From: Coraliomargarita sp.
GTDB lineage: Bacteria > Verrucomicrobiota > Verrucomicrobiia > Opitutales > Coraliomargaritaceae
DNA length: 64,000 nucleotides
Assembly (NCBI GenBank): GCA_965216325.1
Contig: OZ244160.1
Coordinates: 928,001 to 992,000 of the forward strand
Reading direction: 5' to 3'
How positions within the stretch are numbered: position 1 is the first letter of the stretch; the number at the start of each line of letters is the position of its first letter. A program made the position numbers and the translations under genes. This document shows positions 54,876 through 64,000 of the stretch, piece by piece. Under the pieces are notes generated by a model. That model worked only from the letters and a program-made list of their open reading frames with translations. It made no database searches and was not told where the DNA came from.

Positions 54876-57800
54876 ATGAGCGCGCGTAAATCCTTTACCG
54901 ATCTCTACATCAATCGCCCGATTCTTTCGATCGTGGTGAGCATGGTGATCGTGATCATCGGACTACAGTCCTACTTCTCACTGAATATTCGGCAGTATCC
55001 GAAGAACGAGAATGCGGTCATCACCATTACGACTGCCTATGTGGGCGCGGATGCGAAACTCGTGCGTGGCTTCATCACCACACCGATTGAGCGCGCGATC
55101 GCGGCAGCCGATGGCATTGACTATATCGAGTCCAATAGTGTGCAGGGGCTTTCGACGATTAAGGCCCGGCTGAAGTTGAACTACGATGGCAAGACGGCGC
55201 TCGCGGAAATCAGCACCAAGGTGGATCAGGTGCGTGGGGATTTGCCGCCGGAGTCTGAAGTGCCGGTGCTAACAATTGAAACTGCGGATTCGCAGATTGC
55301 AGCGTCCTATCTGAGTTTTCGTTCTGATATTCTCGAAGCCAATGAGGTGACCGATTATCTGACCCGCGTGGTGCAGCCGCGTCTAAGTGCGGTCGTTGGT
55401 GTGCAGCGTGCCGACATTCTCGGCGCACAGAATTATGCGATGCGTATTTGGCTGAAGCCGGACCGACTGGCTTCGCTGAATATCAGTCCGGCGCAAATCA
55501 ACCATGCGATTGCCTCGAACAATTACCTATCGGCAGTTGGTCAAACCAAGGGGGCCTTAATCACAGTCAATCTGACGGCGAATACCGACTTGAATACCGT
55601 AGAGGATTTTGAGCGCTTGGTGATCGCTGAGCGCAATGGTGCGCTGATTCGCATCAAGGATGTCGCCGATGTGATTTTGGGTGCGGAGAATTACGATGCG
55701 GATGTCCGCTTTGCCGGCGAGCCGGCGGTGTTCATGGGCATCTGGGTACTGCCTAATGCGAACACGCTGGATGTGATTGCAGGCGTGCGCGAGGAACTGG
55801 ACCGTATTCGTGCCGGCTTGCCGCAAGGTATGACGGCTACCACCGCGTATGACTCGACTGAATACATCGAAGACGCGATCCGTGAGGTCTATTCAACTTT
55901 GACTGAGACGCTACTGATCGTGGTTGTCGTGATCTTCCTTTTTCTCGGATCCTTACGTGCAGTATTTGTGCCGGTGATTGCGATTCCGATTTCGCTGATC
56001 GGTGGCTTTTTCCTGATGCAGGTATTTGGTTTCAGTATCAACTTGCTGACCTTGCTCGCGATTGTGCTGTCCGTCGGTTTAGTGGTCGATGATGCGATTG
56101 TGGTGGTGGAGAATGTGGAGCGTCACCTGACAGAAGGTAAAGGACGTATCGAGGCTGCATTGATTGCGGCACGCGAGTTGGTTGGCCCGATCATTGCGAC
56201 TACGCTCGTTTTGGTGGCGGTGTATACACCCATCGCGCTGCAAGGCGGCTTGACGGGTGCCTACTTCAAAGAGTTTGCACTGACGCTGACGGGGGCAGTC
56301 TGTATCTCGACTGTGGTTGCGTTGACACTGTCACCAATGATGTCGTCGAAGTTCTTGCGTCCAAACGAAACCGAGCGTGGCTTTGCGGGATGGATCTCCA
56401 AGCAGTTTGATAAATTGAAGCGTCTGTATGCGCGTGCCTTAGCCCAGGTTCTGAACTCACGACCTTGGGTCTATGTCGTTTGGATTATGCTGACTGTGCT
56501 CGGAGTGGTGATGTTTGTGATGTCGCCGCGCGAACTGGCACCTACCGAGGATCAGGGATTTATGTTCGGTATCTTCAATACGCCATCCAACTCGACGCTT
56601 GAGCAAACCAGTCATTATACTGAGCAGATCTTTGAAGTATGGAAGGATACACCCGAGTATGAGTTTACTTTCCAAATTACCAATCCGACCTTTGCACTTG
56701 GAGGGATGGGGCTGGTTCCATGGTCGGAGCGTGAACGCACTGTGAGTGAGGTTGTCATGGATGTGCAGATGCGTGCCAATGCCGTGCCCGGGATCGAGAG
56801 TATCATGCTCACTCCGGCGGCTTTGCCGGGTGGGGGCGACTTTCCGGTTGAGTTTGTAATCGCATCGACTGCCGATACCGAGCAGCTGTTGCCGATTGCT
56901 CAAGAGCTACAACGTCGTGCGACCGAGAGTGGGCTGTTTGCGTTTCCTCCGGTGATCGATGTGAAGTTTGATCGCCCGCAGTCAGAGATTATTCTGGATC
57001 GCGACAAGATTGCGGACATGGGGCTGAGCTTGCAGCAAGTTGGGCAAGACCTCGGCGCTGCGATTGGCGGGAACTATGTGAACCGTTTCAGTATTGATGG
57101 GCGCAGTTACAAGGTGATCCCACAACTGAGACGTGGCAGCCGACTCAATCCAGAACAGCTGAACAATGTTTATACCACCGGGCCCGACGGTCGCCTTATT
57201 CCACTCAGCTCGATTGCGATGATCGTGGATACGGTTGAGCCGCGCACACTGAACCGTTTTCAGCAACTTAACTCGGTGAAGCTATCAGGTGTCACCACAC
57301 GGACCATTGATGCCGCGCTCGCGTTTATGGAAGAGCAGGCCGAGGAAATCCTACCCAATGGCTTTGTGATCGATTACACTGGTGAGTCCCGACAGCTGCG
57401 TAAAGAGGGCGGCAATAAAGCCTTCTTGCAGACCTTTGCCTTAGCGGTGGTGATGTGCTTCCTGGTCTTAGCCGCGCAGTTCAACTCCTTTCGTGATCCA
57501 TTCATTATTCTCTTGGGCTCGGTGCCATTGGCGATCTTTGGTGCATCGGTGTTTACCTTCCTCAAGATCCCAGCACCGGGGATTGAAGGACTGACAACTG
57601 GATGGACGACGACCTTCAATATCTACACTCAGGTTGGCTTAGTCACGCTGGTGGGTCTCATTGCGAAGAACGGTATTTTAATTGTTGAATTTGCGAATGC
57701 CTTACAGCGTCAAGGTCTGCGCAAATGGGATGCCGTGTATCAGGCCTCGCAGACACGTTTGCGCCCGATCCTGATGACGACTGCGGCAACGATCCTCGGC

Positions 57801-57995
57801 CACTTTCCGTTGACCTTGGTTACGGGAGCCGGTGCTGAAGCAAGGAACTCAATCGGCCTGGTGTTGGTCGGAGGCCTGAGTATTGGTACGGTGTTCACAC
57901 TCTTTGTCATCCCAGTGATCTATCATCTGATTGCTGCAGAACATACTGGTAAAACCGTGAAGCCTGTTTCGGCTGCGGACATCCCAACCGATTAA
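54876..57995 (+). CDS. RND efflux permease (MexI/MexW-like)
   Basis: GLVVDDAIVVVEN, KNGILIVEFA and RLRPILMT motifs. Confidence 0.95.
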   Translation: MSARKSFTDLYINRPILSIVVSMVIVIIGLQSYFSLNIRQYPKNENAVITITTAYVGADAKLVRGFITTPIERAIAAADGIDYIESNSVQGLSTIKARLKLNYDGKTALAEISTKVDQVRGDLPPESEVPVLTIETADSQIAASYLSFRSDILEANEVTDYLTRVVQPRLSAVVGVQRADILGAQNYAMRIWLKPDRLASLNISPAQINHAIASNNYLSAVGQTKGALITVNLTANTDLNTVEDFERLVIAERNGALIRIKDVADVILGAENYDADVRFAGEPAVFMGIWVLPNANTLDVIAGVREELDRIRAGLPQGMTATTAYDSTEYIEDAIREVYSTLTETLLIVVVVIFLFLGSLRAVFVPVIAIPISLIGGFFLMQVFGFSINLLTLLAIVLSVGLVVDDAIVVVENVERHLTEGKGRIEAALIAARELVGPIIATTLVLVAVYTPIALQGGLTGAYFKEFALTLTGAVCISTVVALTLSPMMSSKFLRPNETERGFAGWISKQFDKLKRLYARALAQVLNSRPWVYVVWIMLTVLGVVMFVMSPRELAPTEDQGFMFGIFNTPSNSTLEQTSHYTEQIFEVWKDTPEYEFTFQITNPTFALGGMGLVPWSERERTVSEVVMDVQMRANAVPGIESIMLTPAALPGGGDFPVEFVIASTADTEQLLPIAQELQRRATESGLFAFPPVIDVKFDRPQSEIILDRDKIADMGLSLQQVGQDLGAAIGGNYVNRFSIDGRSYKVIPQLRRGSRLNPEQLNNVYTTGPDGRLIPLSSIAMIVDTVEPRTLNRFQQLNSVKLSGVTTRTIDAALAFMEEQAEEILPNGFVIDYTGESRQLRKEGGNKAFLQTFALAVVMCFLVLAAQFNSFRDPFIILLGSVPLAIFGASVFTFLKIPAPGIEGLTTGWTTTFNIYTQVGLVTLVGLIAKNGILIVEFANALQRQGLRKWDAVYQASQTRLRPILMTTAATILGHFPLTLVTGAGAEARNSIGLVLVGGLSIGTVFTLFVIPVIYHLIAAEHTGKTVKPVSAADIPTD

Positions 57996-58016
57996 TGTTA
58001 TTATCAAAACACCTCG

Positions 58017-58086
58017 GTAGGGCGCGTTATCCCTAACGTGCCGCCTGACCAAACGTTGGCGGATCGTTAAGGATAACGATCCCTAC
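58017..58086. repeat. GTAG-type REP doublet, same family as 44933
   Basis: GTAGGGCGCGTTATCCCTAACGTGCC...GGATCGTTAAGGATAACGATCCCTAC. Confidence 0.75.
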
Positions 58087-58109
58087 CTAAACGAATCATC
58101 TTACAGATC

Positions 58110-59471
58110 ATGCAAAAGTTTTTACTTAAAGGGTTTCTCATCGCTTCCTTGTTGTTAGGGACCGCGCTTTACTTGAAGGCTGCCGATCGAGTCAGCATGC
58201 GTGTGCCGCCGCCCTTGCCGGACGAGATCAGTTTGGAAACGGCCATCGACTATGCGCTGGAAAACAGTTTCGCAGTGCTGCAGGCAAAGGAGCGAATTGA
58301 AGAACAATATGGTTTACACCTCGAGGTGAATTCCGGTGTGCTGCCGAATGTGTCCTTGAATTCCAGTTACTCCGAGCAGGACGAGGAACTGGTGGGTTTT
58401 CAGGGGGCTGAGGATGATTGGCGGGTGTCTCTGCAGGTGCGCCAAGCGCTTTACTCCGGTGGTAGTCTGCGAGCATCCATTCGTGCACAAGCTGCCTTGG
58501 AGAAGGCTGCGCTGTATGACTTGCAAGCCAATGTTGAGGCAACCATTCAGGATGTGAAGACACGCTATTATGATGTCTTGTTGGCCCGTGATACGATCGA
58601 GGTCGAAGAGCAAAATCTCCAACTGCTCAAGGAGCAGTTGGAGAATACCGAGAGCCGTTTTGAAGCGGGTGCCGTTTCCAATTTTGATGTGCTGCAGGCC
58701 AAGGTTTCGTTGGCGAATGCTAAGCCAGCCTTGATTCGCGCGAATAATGATTTTCGCATTGCCGAGGCGGAACTCAAGCGAGCGGTCGGTTACGTGAAAG
58801 AGCGCGACTATGTGACGACTTCGCCGACATATACGGGGGAACTTGAAGTAAGGACCAAAGACTACGATTTGCTGAACTCTATGACGACTGCGTTACAGCG
58901 TCGCCCAGAGCTCGCGCAGCAAAAGTTGGTGATCGATGCGGGGGAAGAGGATATCGATATCGCACGTTCCGGTTACTACCCGAGTGTTGATTTGGTCGGT
59001 AGCTACGACTTTCGTCGCTCTTACGAGCCGAGTGATGATCGTTTCGACAATCATATCGATGGCTGGTTTGTCGGCGTCGAGAGCACCTGGAATATATGGG
59101 ATGGCCGAGCGACCAAAGGTAAAGTCGTGCAAGCCAAGTCACAGCTTCGTCAGGACGAGCTGACCTACAATGAAACGCGTCTCCAGATTGAGATCGAAGT
59201 GCGTCGTGCGATTTCCGAGCTACAGGGCTCCACCGAGCTCCTGCTCGCCGCTCGTGAGGTAACCGGTCAGGCCGAAGAAGCTTTGCGACTCGCCAATGAG
59301 CGTTATAACGTCGGTAGTTCCACCTTCTTGGATACACTCCAAGCCCGTGTGGCGCTCACCGATGCCCGCAATAATGAGCTGCAAGCCAACTACAGCTACC
59401 TCGTTTCCACGGCCAACGTTCAGCGCGCCATCGGCGAGACGAGTTACGATTTCGTGACGAGCAAGAAGTAG
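58110..59471 (+). CDS. TolC family outer-membrane channel
   Basis: Two OEP repeats (RFEAGAVS.FDVLQA; RYNVGSST.LD); follows the RND genes. Confidence 0.92.
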   Translation: MQKFLLKGFLIASLLLGTALYLKAADRVSMRVPPPLPDEISLETAIDYALENSFAVLQAKERIEEQYGLHLEVNSGVLPNVSLNSSYSEQDEELVGFQGAEDDWRVSLQVRQALYSGGSLRASIRAQAALEKAALYDLQANVEATIQDVKTRYYDVLLARDTIEVEEQNLQLLKEQLENTESRFEAGAVSNFDVLQAKVSLANAKPALIRANNDFRIAEAELKRAVGYVKERDYVTTSPTYTGELEVRTKDYDLLNSMTTALQRRPELAQQKLVIDAGEEDIDIARSGYYPSVDLVGSYDFRRSYEPSDDRFDNHIDGWFVGVESTWNIWDGRATKGKVVQAKSQLRQDELTYNETRLQIEIEVRRAISELQGSTELLLAAREVTGQAEEALRLANERYNVGSSTFLDTLQARVALTDARNNELQANYSYLVSTANVQRAIGETSYDFVTSKK

Positions 59472-59719
59472 AAGTCCCACTGTGCTGGAGTAGGTGCTCC
59501 ACTTGTGGACGCACTTTTTGTGCGGAAGAAGCTCTAAAGCGGGACGATGGCGTTGAAGTGACGCCCGCGAATGCGATACTGTTCAGCGATGATGCCAAGA
59601 GCGGTATCATCGGGCGGGGCAGACCACCTCCACTTGCTTAGCGGTTGCGGGTTCTTTGTGATTGTGGATCGATGCCACACACTCGAGCACGCCCTGTATG
59701 CTAAAAGAAATCTTTAAGC

Positions 59720-60565
59720 CTACGGAGCGTTGGCCTCGGCCTTGTCTTTGAACTGGTAGTGTTTTTCGCCTTCCAGTATTGCGGAGACTGATTTCTCGAG
59801 CTCTGACTGTGTTTTTTCGAAGCGGTCCGTGTAGTGTTGATCCATTGAGGACATGCCGATGATGGCGTTGACCATATCTTCGCGTGGTTGCGTCTTCAAA
59901 TACTCCGCGGCTTCCTTTATGTAGGATAGGGCAAGCGCTCGTTGGGTATCGTCTTCCATCATTGCTAGTGAGGGACTGAGTTCAGGGCGCGTGAAGTTGA
60001 CCAGATGTCCATTGTCAAGAATCCACGCTCTGGCTGAGTTCAGGTGTGTGTGCCCCAATAGCACCAATTCGCTCTTCTTAGGTCCGTCTGGAAGTGCCAG
60101 CAGAGGATTACGACCGGGGATGTAGAATTCGTAGTGCCCGTAATAAACCGCGTTCACATCGTTCCAGCTGGTGATCCGTTGCATCTCTTCGTCAGTCAGT
60201 TCGACATCGTAGTGACCTTCCTTGAGCACACGAACGAGTTTACTGCGGTGTGAGCCCCATGCGTAAGCTGGCAGAACGCCCGGAGGGCCATCGCCGACAA
60301 AGTTGACCATCTTTTCATCCGCTCCAGTGTAGCGGTGTCCTGACTTCGCCATCAGCTCAGTGTAAGACACATTGAATGGTAGACTGATATCGCCTGCGAG
60401 GTTGAGCACCTCACCGGCCTCTTTACCATAGTCGTGGCAGGAAATACATTTGTTATCAAAGACCGGTTGAACTTCAGTTAGGTAGTTGAAGGGCTTGGCT
60501 TCTTCGACGCTGGGTGTGTCCAACCATGGCTCAAGCTTGCTTGGCGCACGGCGCATCGCGAGGAG
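59720..60565 (-). pseudogene. 3' fragment of an HzsA-related heme c protein
   Basis: LAMRRAPS...VQPVFDNKCISCH...GSHRSKL...W.D.N..YYG, normally the C-terminal part of a much larger protein; no signal peptide. Confidence 0.6.
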
Positions 60566-60579
60566 TGAAGTCAGGTTGG

Positions 60580-61181
60580 TGAGCCGCAGTTATCGACTGA
60601 CGCGTAAGATGATGGTGTTGGGGGCGAGTGCGATGGGGGATGCTCATTTGGTCGAACAGTCGATTGATGAGATGCGTCAGCTGCGCGATGTGGTCGATGC
60701 GTCGGTTTTTATTGCCGTGTTGGATGGCACTAAAGGGGTGATATTGGAGCAGGCGATAGGTGGCTCGCCGTTTAAGTTTTCAGTGGATTTAGGTAGTCGC
60801 TTTACTTTGCATTCAGGCGCACCCGGCAAAGCGCTGTTGGCATTCTTGCCTGAGACGGAGAGCGATGAGTTATTGTCACAACTGGAATTGAGTCGCTTTA
60901 CTGAGCGGACCATTACTTCTGTTGAGGAGATGCAGGTTGAAATGGCACGCATCCGTGAACGCGGTTACGCGACCGATTGTGCCGAGGAGTTTGAAGGTTG
61001 CCATTGTGTGGGGACGGTCATCAAAGACCACCGGAACTATCCGATCGCCATGCTATGGGCTACGGGCACATCCTTTAGTATCTCTGAAGATCGTTTTGCT
61101 GAAGTGGGCGAGCAGCTCAAGACTGCTGCGGCGCGTATCTCGGCTAAGTTTGGACATCAACTACACGCTGAGGACGCGTAG
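60580..61181 (+). pseudogene. IclR-family regulator lacking its N-terminal HTH
   Basis: Begins at the wing (YRLT.K); GAPGKALLAF, FTERTIT and IRERGYA.D.EE..G effector-domain motifs. Confidence 0.75.
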
Positions 61182-61525
61182 GATTTATTTACTCCAACCT
61201 GTACTTCAGTGAACGCACGCCAGATTGGCTGATGTGGCACGAGGTCCGTGATATGGATCCATTCGACTGCGCGTTTCGGGAATTTGATTGCTTGTCCGCC
61301 CTCCGTGCGCTCTAGTTCATCGGCGAGCTCGCTGACTGGAGTCGCCTGTCTCGGGGCATCCGCAAGCAGCTGTGAATGCGTCAAAAGTGCCGCTAAGATG
61401 CAGCCGATGTTCAGCAGATTGGGGCTGGGGCATTGTTTGTGCACAGAAAAGTCTATGCTGATACAGGCTTTGGGCTGATTAAATGCACCGAATGACCGAA
61501 AGCCTGCAGGATTTGCGGCGAGCAC

Positions 61526-63856
61526 TCACTCTTGTAGCCAGTTGGCTAGATCCGCGTCGCTTTGAAGCTCTGTCTCGCCTTGGTATTCTGGTGCGAGTTG
61601 CTCGCGGTAGGCAGGCTCGGCGTAGCGCTGGCAGTGGAGTAGAATGCGCGCGCTTTGTCCTGGGGCTCGGACGAGGCGACCGAGTGCTTGATGAATGCGG
61701 CGCATCGCTGGGATGATGTAGACATCCCGGAAGTTCTCTTCGCGCTGGAGTGAGGGGTGGGCATCCATCTTGGCATCCTGCACGGCGTTAACCTCCGGCA
61801 AGGCTGGGCCAACGACCATGGCAGTGTGCACCCGTCCACCTAGTTTATCGACTCCCTCTGCGTAACTGGATCCCAGAATCAGGAACAGCACGTCAGCCAT
61901 GAGTAAGCCTTCTTCGATGAAGCTCTCTTGCTCGGCAAGGTCGACTCCGCGCGGTTGCATCATGACTCGCAGTTCCGGATTGGTGGCGCTCAAGTAGGCC
62001 TGAACGTTCTGCGCGTATTGATAGGAGGCGAAGAAGACTGCAACGGGTGTTCCCGGGCTCGTGGTGGTTAACGACGCGATGGTCTGCGCGGTCGTTGCGT
62101 AATAGCGCTCACGTGACTTTAGGCGGGTGTCGACTCGGCAATCAATGGCGACTTGGTAGGCATCGTCACGCCATGTGGCGTGACCTTGTGCGAGAACGGC
62201 TTGTTCCTTGCTCAAGCCACAGCTGGCACGGAAGCCATTATAGGGCGCGAGCGTCGCCGACATGAGGATGCTCGCACCAAAGGGCTTGAGGCAGTCGGCG
62301 ATCCATTTGCTTGGATCGAGGCAGGTGGCTTTCAGGGTGCCGCTTGAGGGCGACCAATTCAGCCAGCGGTGACTGGGTTCGGCCAGTCGTTTAGCGAGCT
62401 CGGGAATACGCCATGCGATTTCGATGGCAAAGGGGGCGGTTTGTTCGTAGTCGATGTGGGCATCTAGCAGTTGCTTGGCAAAGTCCTCGCAGAGATCCAG
62501 TGCGGTATAGAGTTCGTTGCTGCTAATGGGGCCTGTTGTATTGAAACTGCCGATACAGCGCACGAGTTCATTGCCGGTCGCGATCAGACGTCGGTTGGCG
62601 CCATAAGTGCTGAGCTCTTCGAGTGCGAAGAGTAGGTCGCCCGCGTTTAGATCAACACTCAGCGCATCGGCGACACGGTCGGGTAGGTTGTGCGCCTCGT
62701 CGATGATGAGCAGTGTTTTGCTCGGTTCAAAGCCGACGCTTTCGTTGAACACGCCTTGGCTACTGGGAGCGAACACGTAATTGCTGTCGCCGATCCAAAT
62801 TTCGGCAAAGGGCAGGCAGCCGCGGGTGAGTGCGTAGGGGCAGACCCCCGTCTCTGCACCGAGTGCACGCGCGCGCTCAAGTGTTAGCGTGCCGTCTTCA
62901 AATAAGTTGGGTGCGTGGATGTCCGCCGCGAACCAGTGGTGCGCAAGGTCGTTGTCGCAGTTGGCATCTCCTGTGCAGGTATGTGCCGGGCTTTCGATAC
63001 GATGCTCATTGCGATTGCGCATCTGGATGAAACGCAAACTATCGCCGATCATGTGGCGCAGCTGCGCAATGGTCTGCAGCTGACCGGTCGATTTGCTGGT
63101 GAGATAGATGCAGCGCTCATACAGACCCGCCTGCATCTGCCGCAGGGCATGCTCCAATACGATGCCGGTCTTCCCAAATCCTGTTGGCGCTTCGAGGAGA
63201 ACGGTGCGCGCTTGGAGGGCGGTCTTCTCGAGTGTCTTAAATAATTCCGCCTGACCATCGCGCAAAGTCTCGAAGGCAGGTCTTAGCTCAATGCCCTCGA
63301 GTCGTAGGTGTGAGCCACGACGATCTTCGAGGAAAGGATAGAGTGCTGCGAGCTGATGCTCGAAACGGTCCGCATCGAGCTCCGTCAGTGGTACCGACTG
63401 CACGGTGCCATCGTTGATGTTGATGAACTGAAGCTCGGCGTGGAGTGTTTGCTCGGCGTAGTCGGGTAGTATTTGCGCGAGTCGCCAGTAGCATGCTATC
63501 TGGGCGAAGTATTCGGGATACTCCTTCGCGAGTTCTTCGGCTGGAGCGGGGAGCGGCGTGCGGACCGTTTTGACTTCACGCAGCAGGAGTCCGTCCGCTT
63601 GTGGGATGACTTGGTCGATGCGCCCTTGAAGTTCAATTTGCCAATTCTTGTAAGGCCAGCGTCCCTGAATCTGAACCTCAAACTCGGCGTCAGGGTATTC
63701 GAAACAGGTTTGTTGTTCAGCCGTTTGGTGCCACTGTTGTCCGACGATTGCACGCCATGGCCCGGCACCACCACGATCACTGCGGGGCGCATTGCGAAAA
63801 TTAGCCAACTCGCCGACACTGAGTCGAACGCTGCGCGCATTCGCGTTGATGTGCAT
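61526..63856 (-). CDS. DinG/Rad3-family helicase with N-terminal PD-(D/E)XK nuclease-like domain
   Basis: QGRID...EVKT...AQ...[27 protein letters not shown]. Confidence 0.88.
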   Translation of the reverse strand: MHINANARSVRLSVGELANFRNAPRSDRGGAGPWRAIVGQQWHQTAEQQTCFEYPDAEFEVQIQGRWPYKNWQIELQGRIDQVIPQADGLLLREVKTVRTPLPAPAEELAKEYPEYFAQIACYWRLAQILPDYAEQTLHAELQFININDGTVQSVPLTELDADRFEHQLAALYPFLEDRRGSHLRLEGIELRPAFETLRDGQAELFKTLEKTALQARTVLLEAPTGFGKTGIVLEHALRQMQAGLYERCIYLTSKSTGQLQTIAQLRHMIGDSLRFIQMRNRNEHRIESPAHTCTGDANCDNDLAHHWFAADIHAPNLFEDGTLTLERARALGAETGVCPYALTRGCLPFAEIWIGDSNYVFAPSSQGVFNESVGFEPSKTLLIIDEAHNLPDRVADALSVDLNAGDLLFALEELSTYGANRRLIATGNELVRCIGSFNTTGPISSNELYTALDLCEDFAKQLLDAHIDYEQTAPFAIEIAWRIPELAKRLAEPSHRWLNWSPSSGTLKATCLDPSKWIADCLKPFGASILMSATLAPYNGFRASCGLSKEQAVLAQGHATWRDDAYQVAIDCRVDTRLKSRERYYATTAQTIASLTTTSPGTPVAVFFASYQYAQNVQAYLSATNPELRVMMQPRGVDLAEQESFIEEGLLMADVLFLILGSSYAEGVDKLGGRVHTAMVVGPALPEVNAVQDAKMDAHPSLQREENFRDVYIIPAMRRIHQALGRLVRAPGQSARILLHCQRYAEPAYREQLAPEYQGETELQSDADLANWLQE

Positions 63857-64000
63857 TATTGGCGAGGACGGCTGCGTAGCACCGGTATTTTGCTTTGCGG
63901 TTTGTAGAACTGCTTGGAGCCCAGTTCGACATTGGTTTTCAGTTCTTTGACGACAATCTCTCCATAGGCCTGGTCCTTGGCAAGTAGGGTGATTTCACTT
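63856..64000 (-). CDS. 3' end of a gene that starts beyond the window
   Basis: ...[52 protein letters not shown] overlap with the helicase start. Confidence 0.7.
   Translation of the reverse strand, partial: SEITLLAKDQAYGEIVVKELKTNVELGSKQFYKPQSKIPVLRSRPRQ

Noticed and set aside
60486..60579. ORF-track start for the IclR protein
   Set aside because: This stretch is mostly the antisense of the neighbouring gene fragment and contains no HTH.

Overview
Bacterial chromosomal window, most likely from a Verrucomicrobiota (Opitutia/Coraliomargarita-like) genome; this is inferred from three PEP-CTERM genes, a moxR-bat operon and the repeat families present. Core content: two tandem Gly/Ser-repeat proteins, htpG, moxR-DUF58-batABDE, an orphan sigma-54 response regulator, three identical tRNA-Gly(GCC), FNT/mog/truncated globin, a COG0523 GTPase with a palindromic operator, a flavin reductase-M20-DUF1611 operon, purL, a patatin-CoA ligase-beta-oxidation operon, a MarR-RND efflux system and a nuclease-DinG helicase. 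The most unusual part is a rearrangement hotspot at about 31.8-39.4 kb. Two integrase-free ~2-kb islets (two PEP-CTERM genes; a HipA/YjjJ kinase) each lie between an intact host gene and a diverged 226- or 429-bp copy of that gene's own 3' end. A short GGGGTCAAACGT motif lies next to three gene-truncation points and flanks an IS4 element in inverted orientation. Palindromic and heptamer repeats are also translated in frame inside purL and probably batE. All calls are by eye and family recognition; no searches were run.
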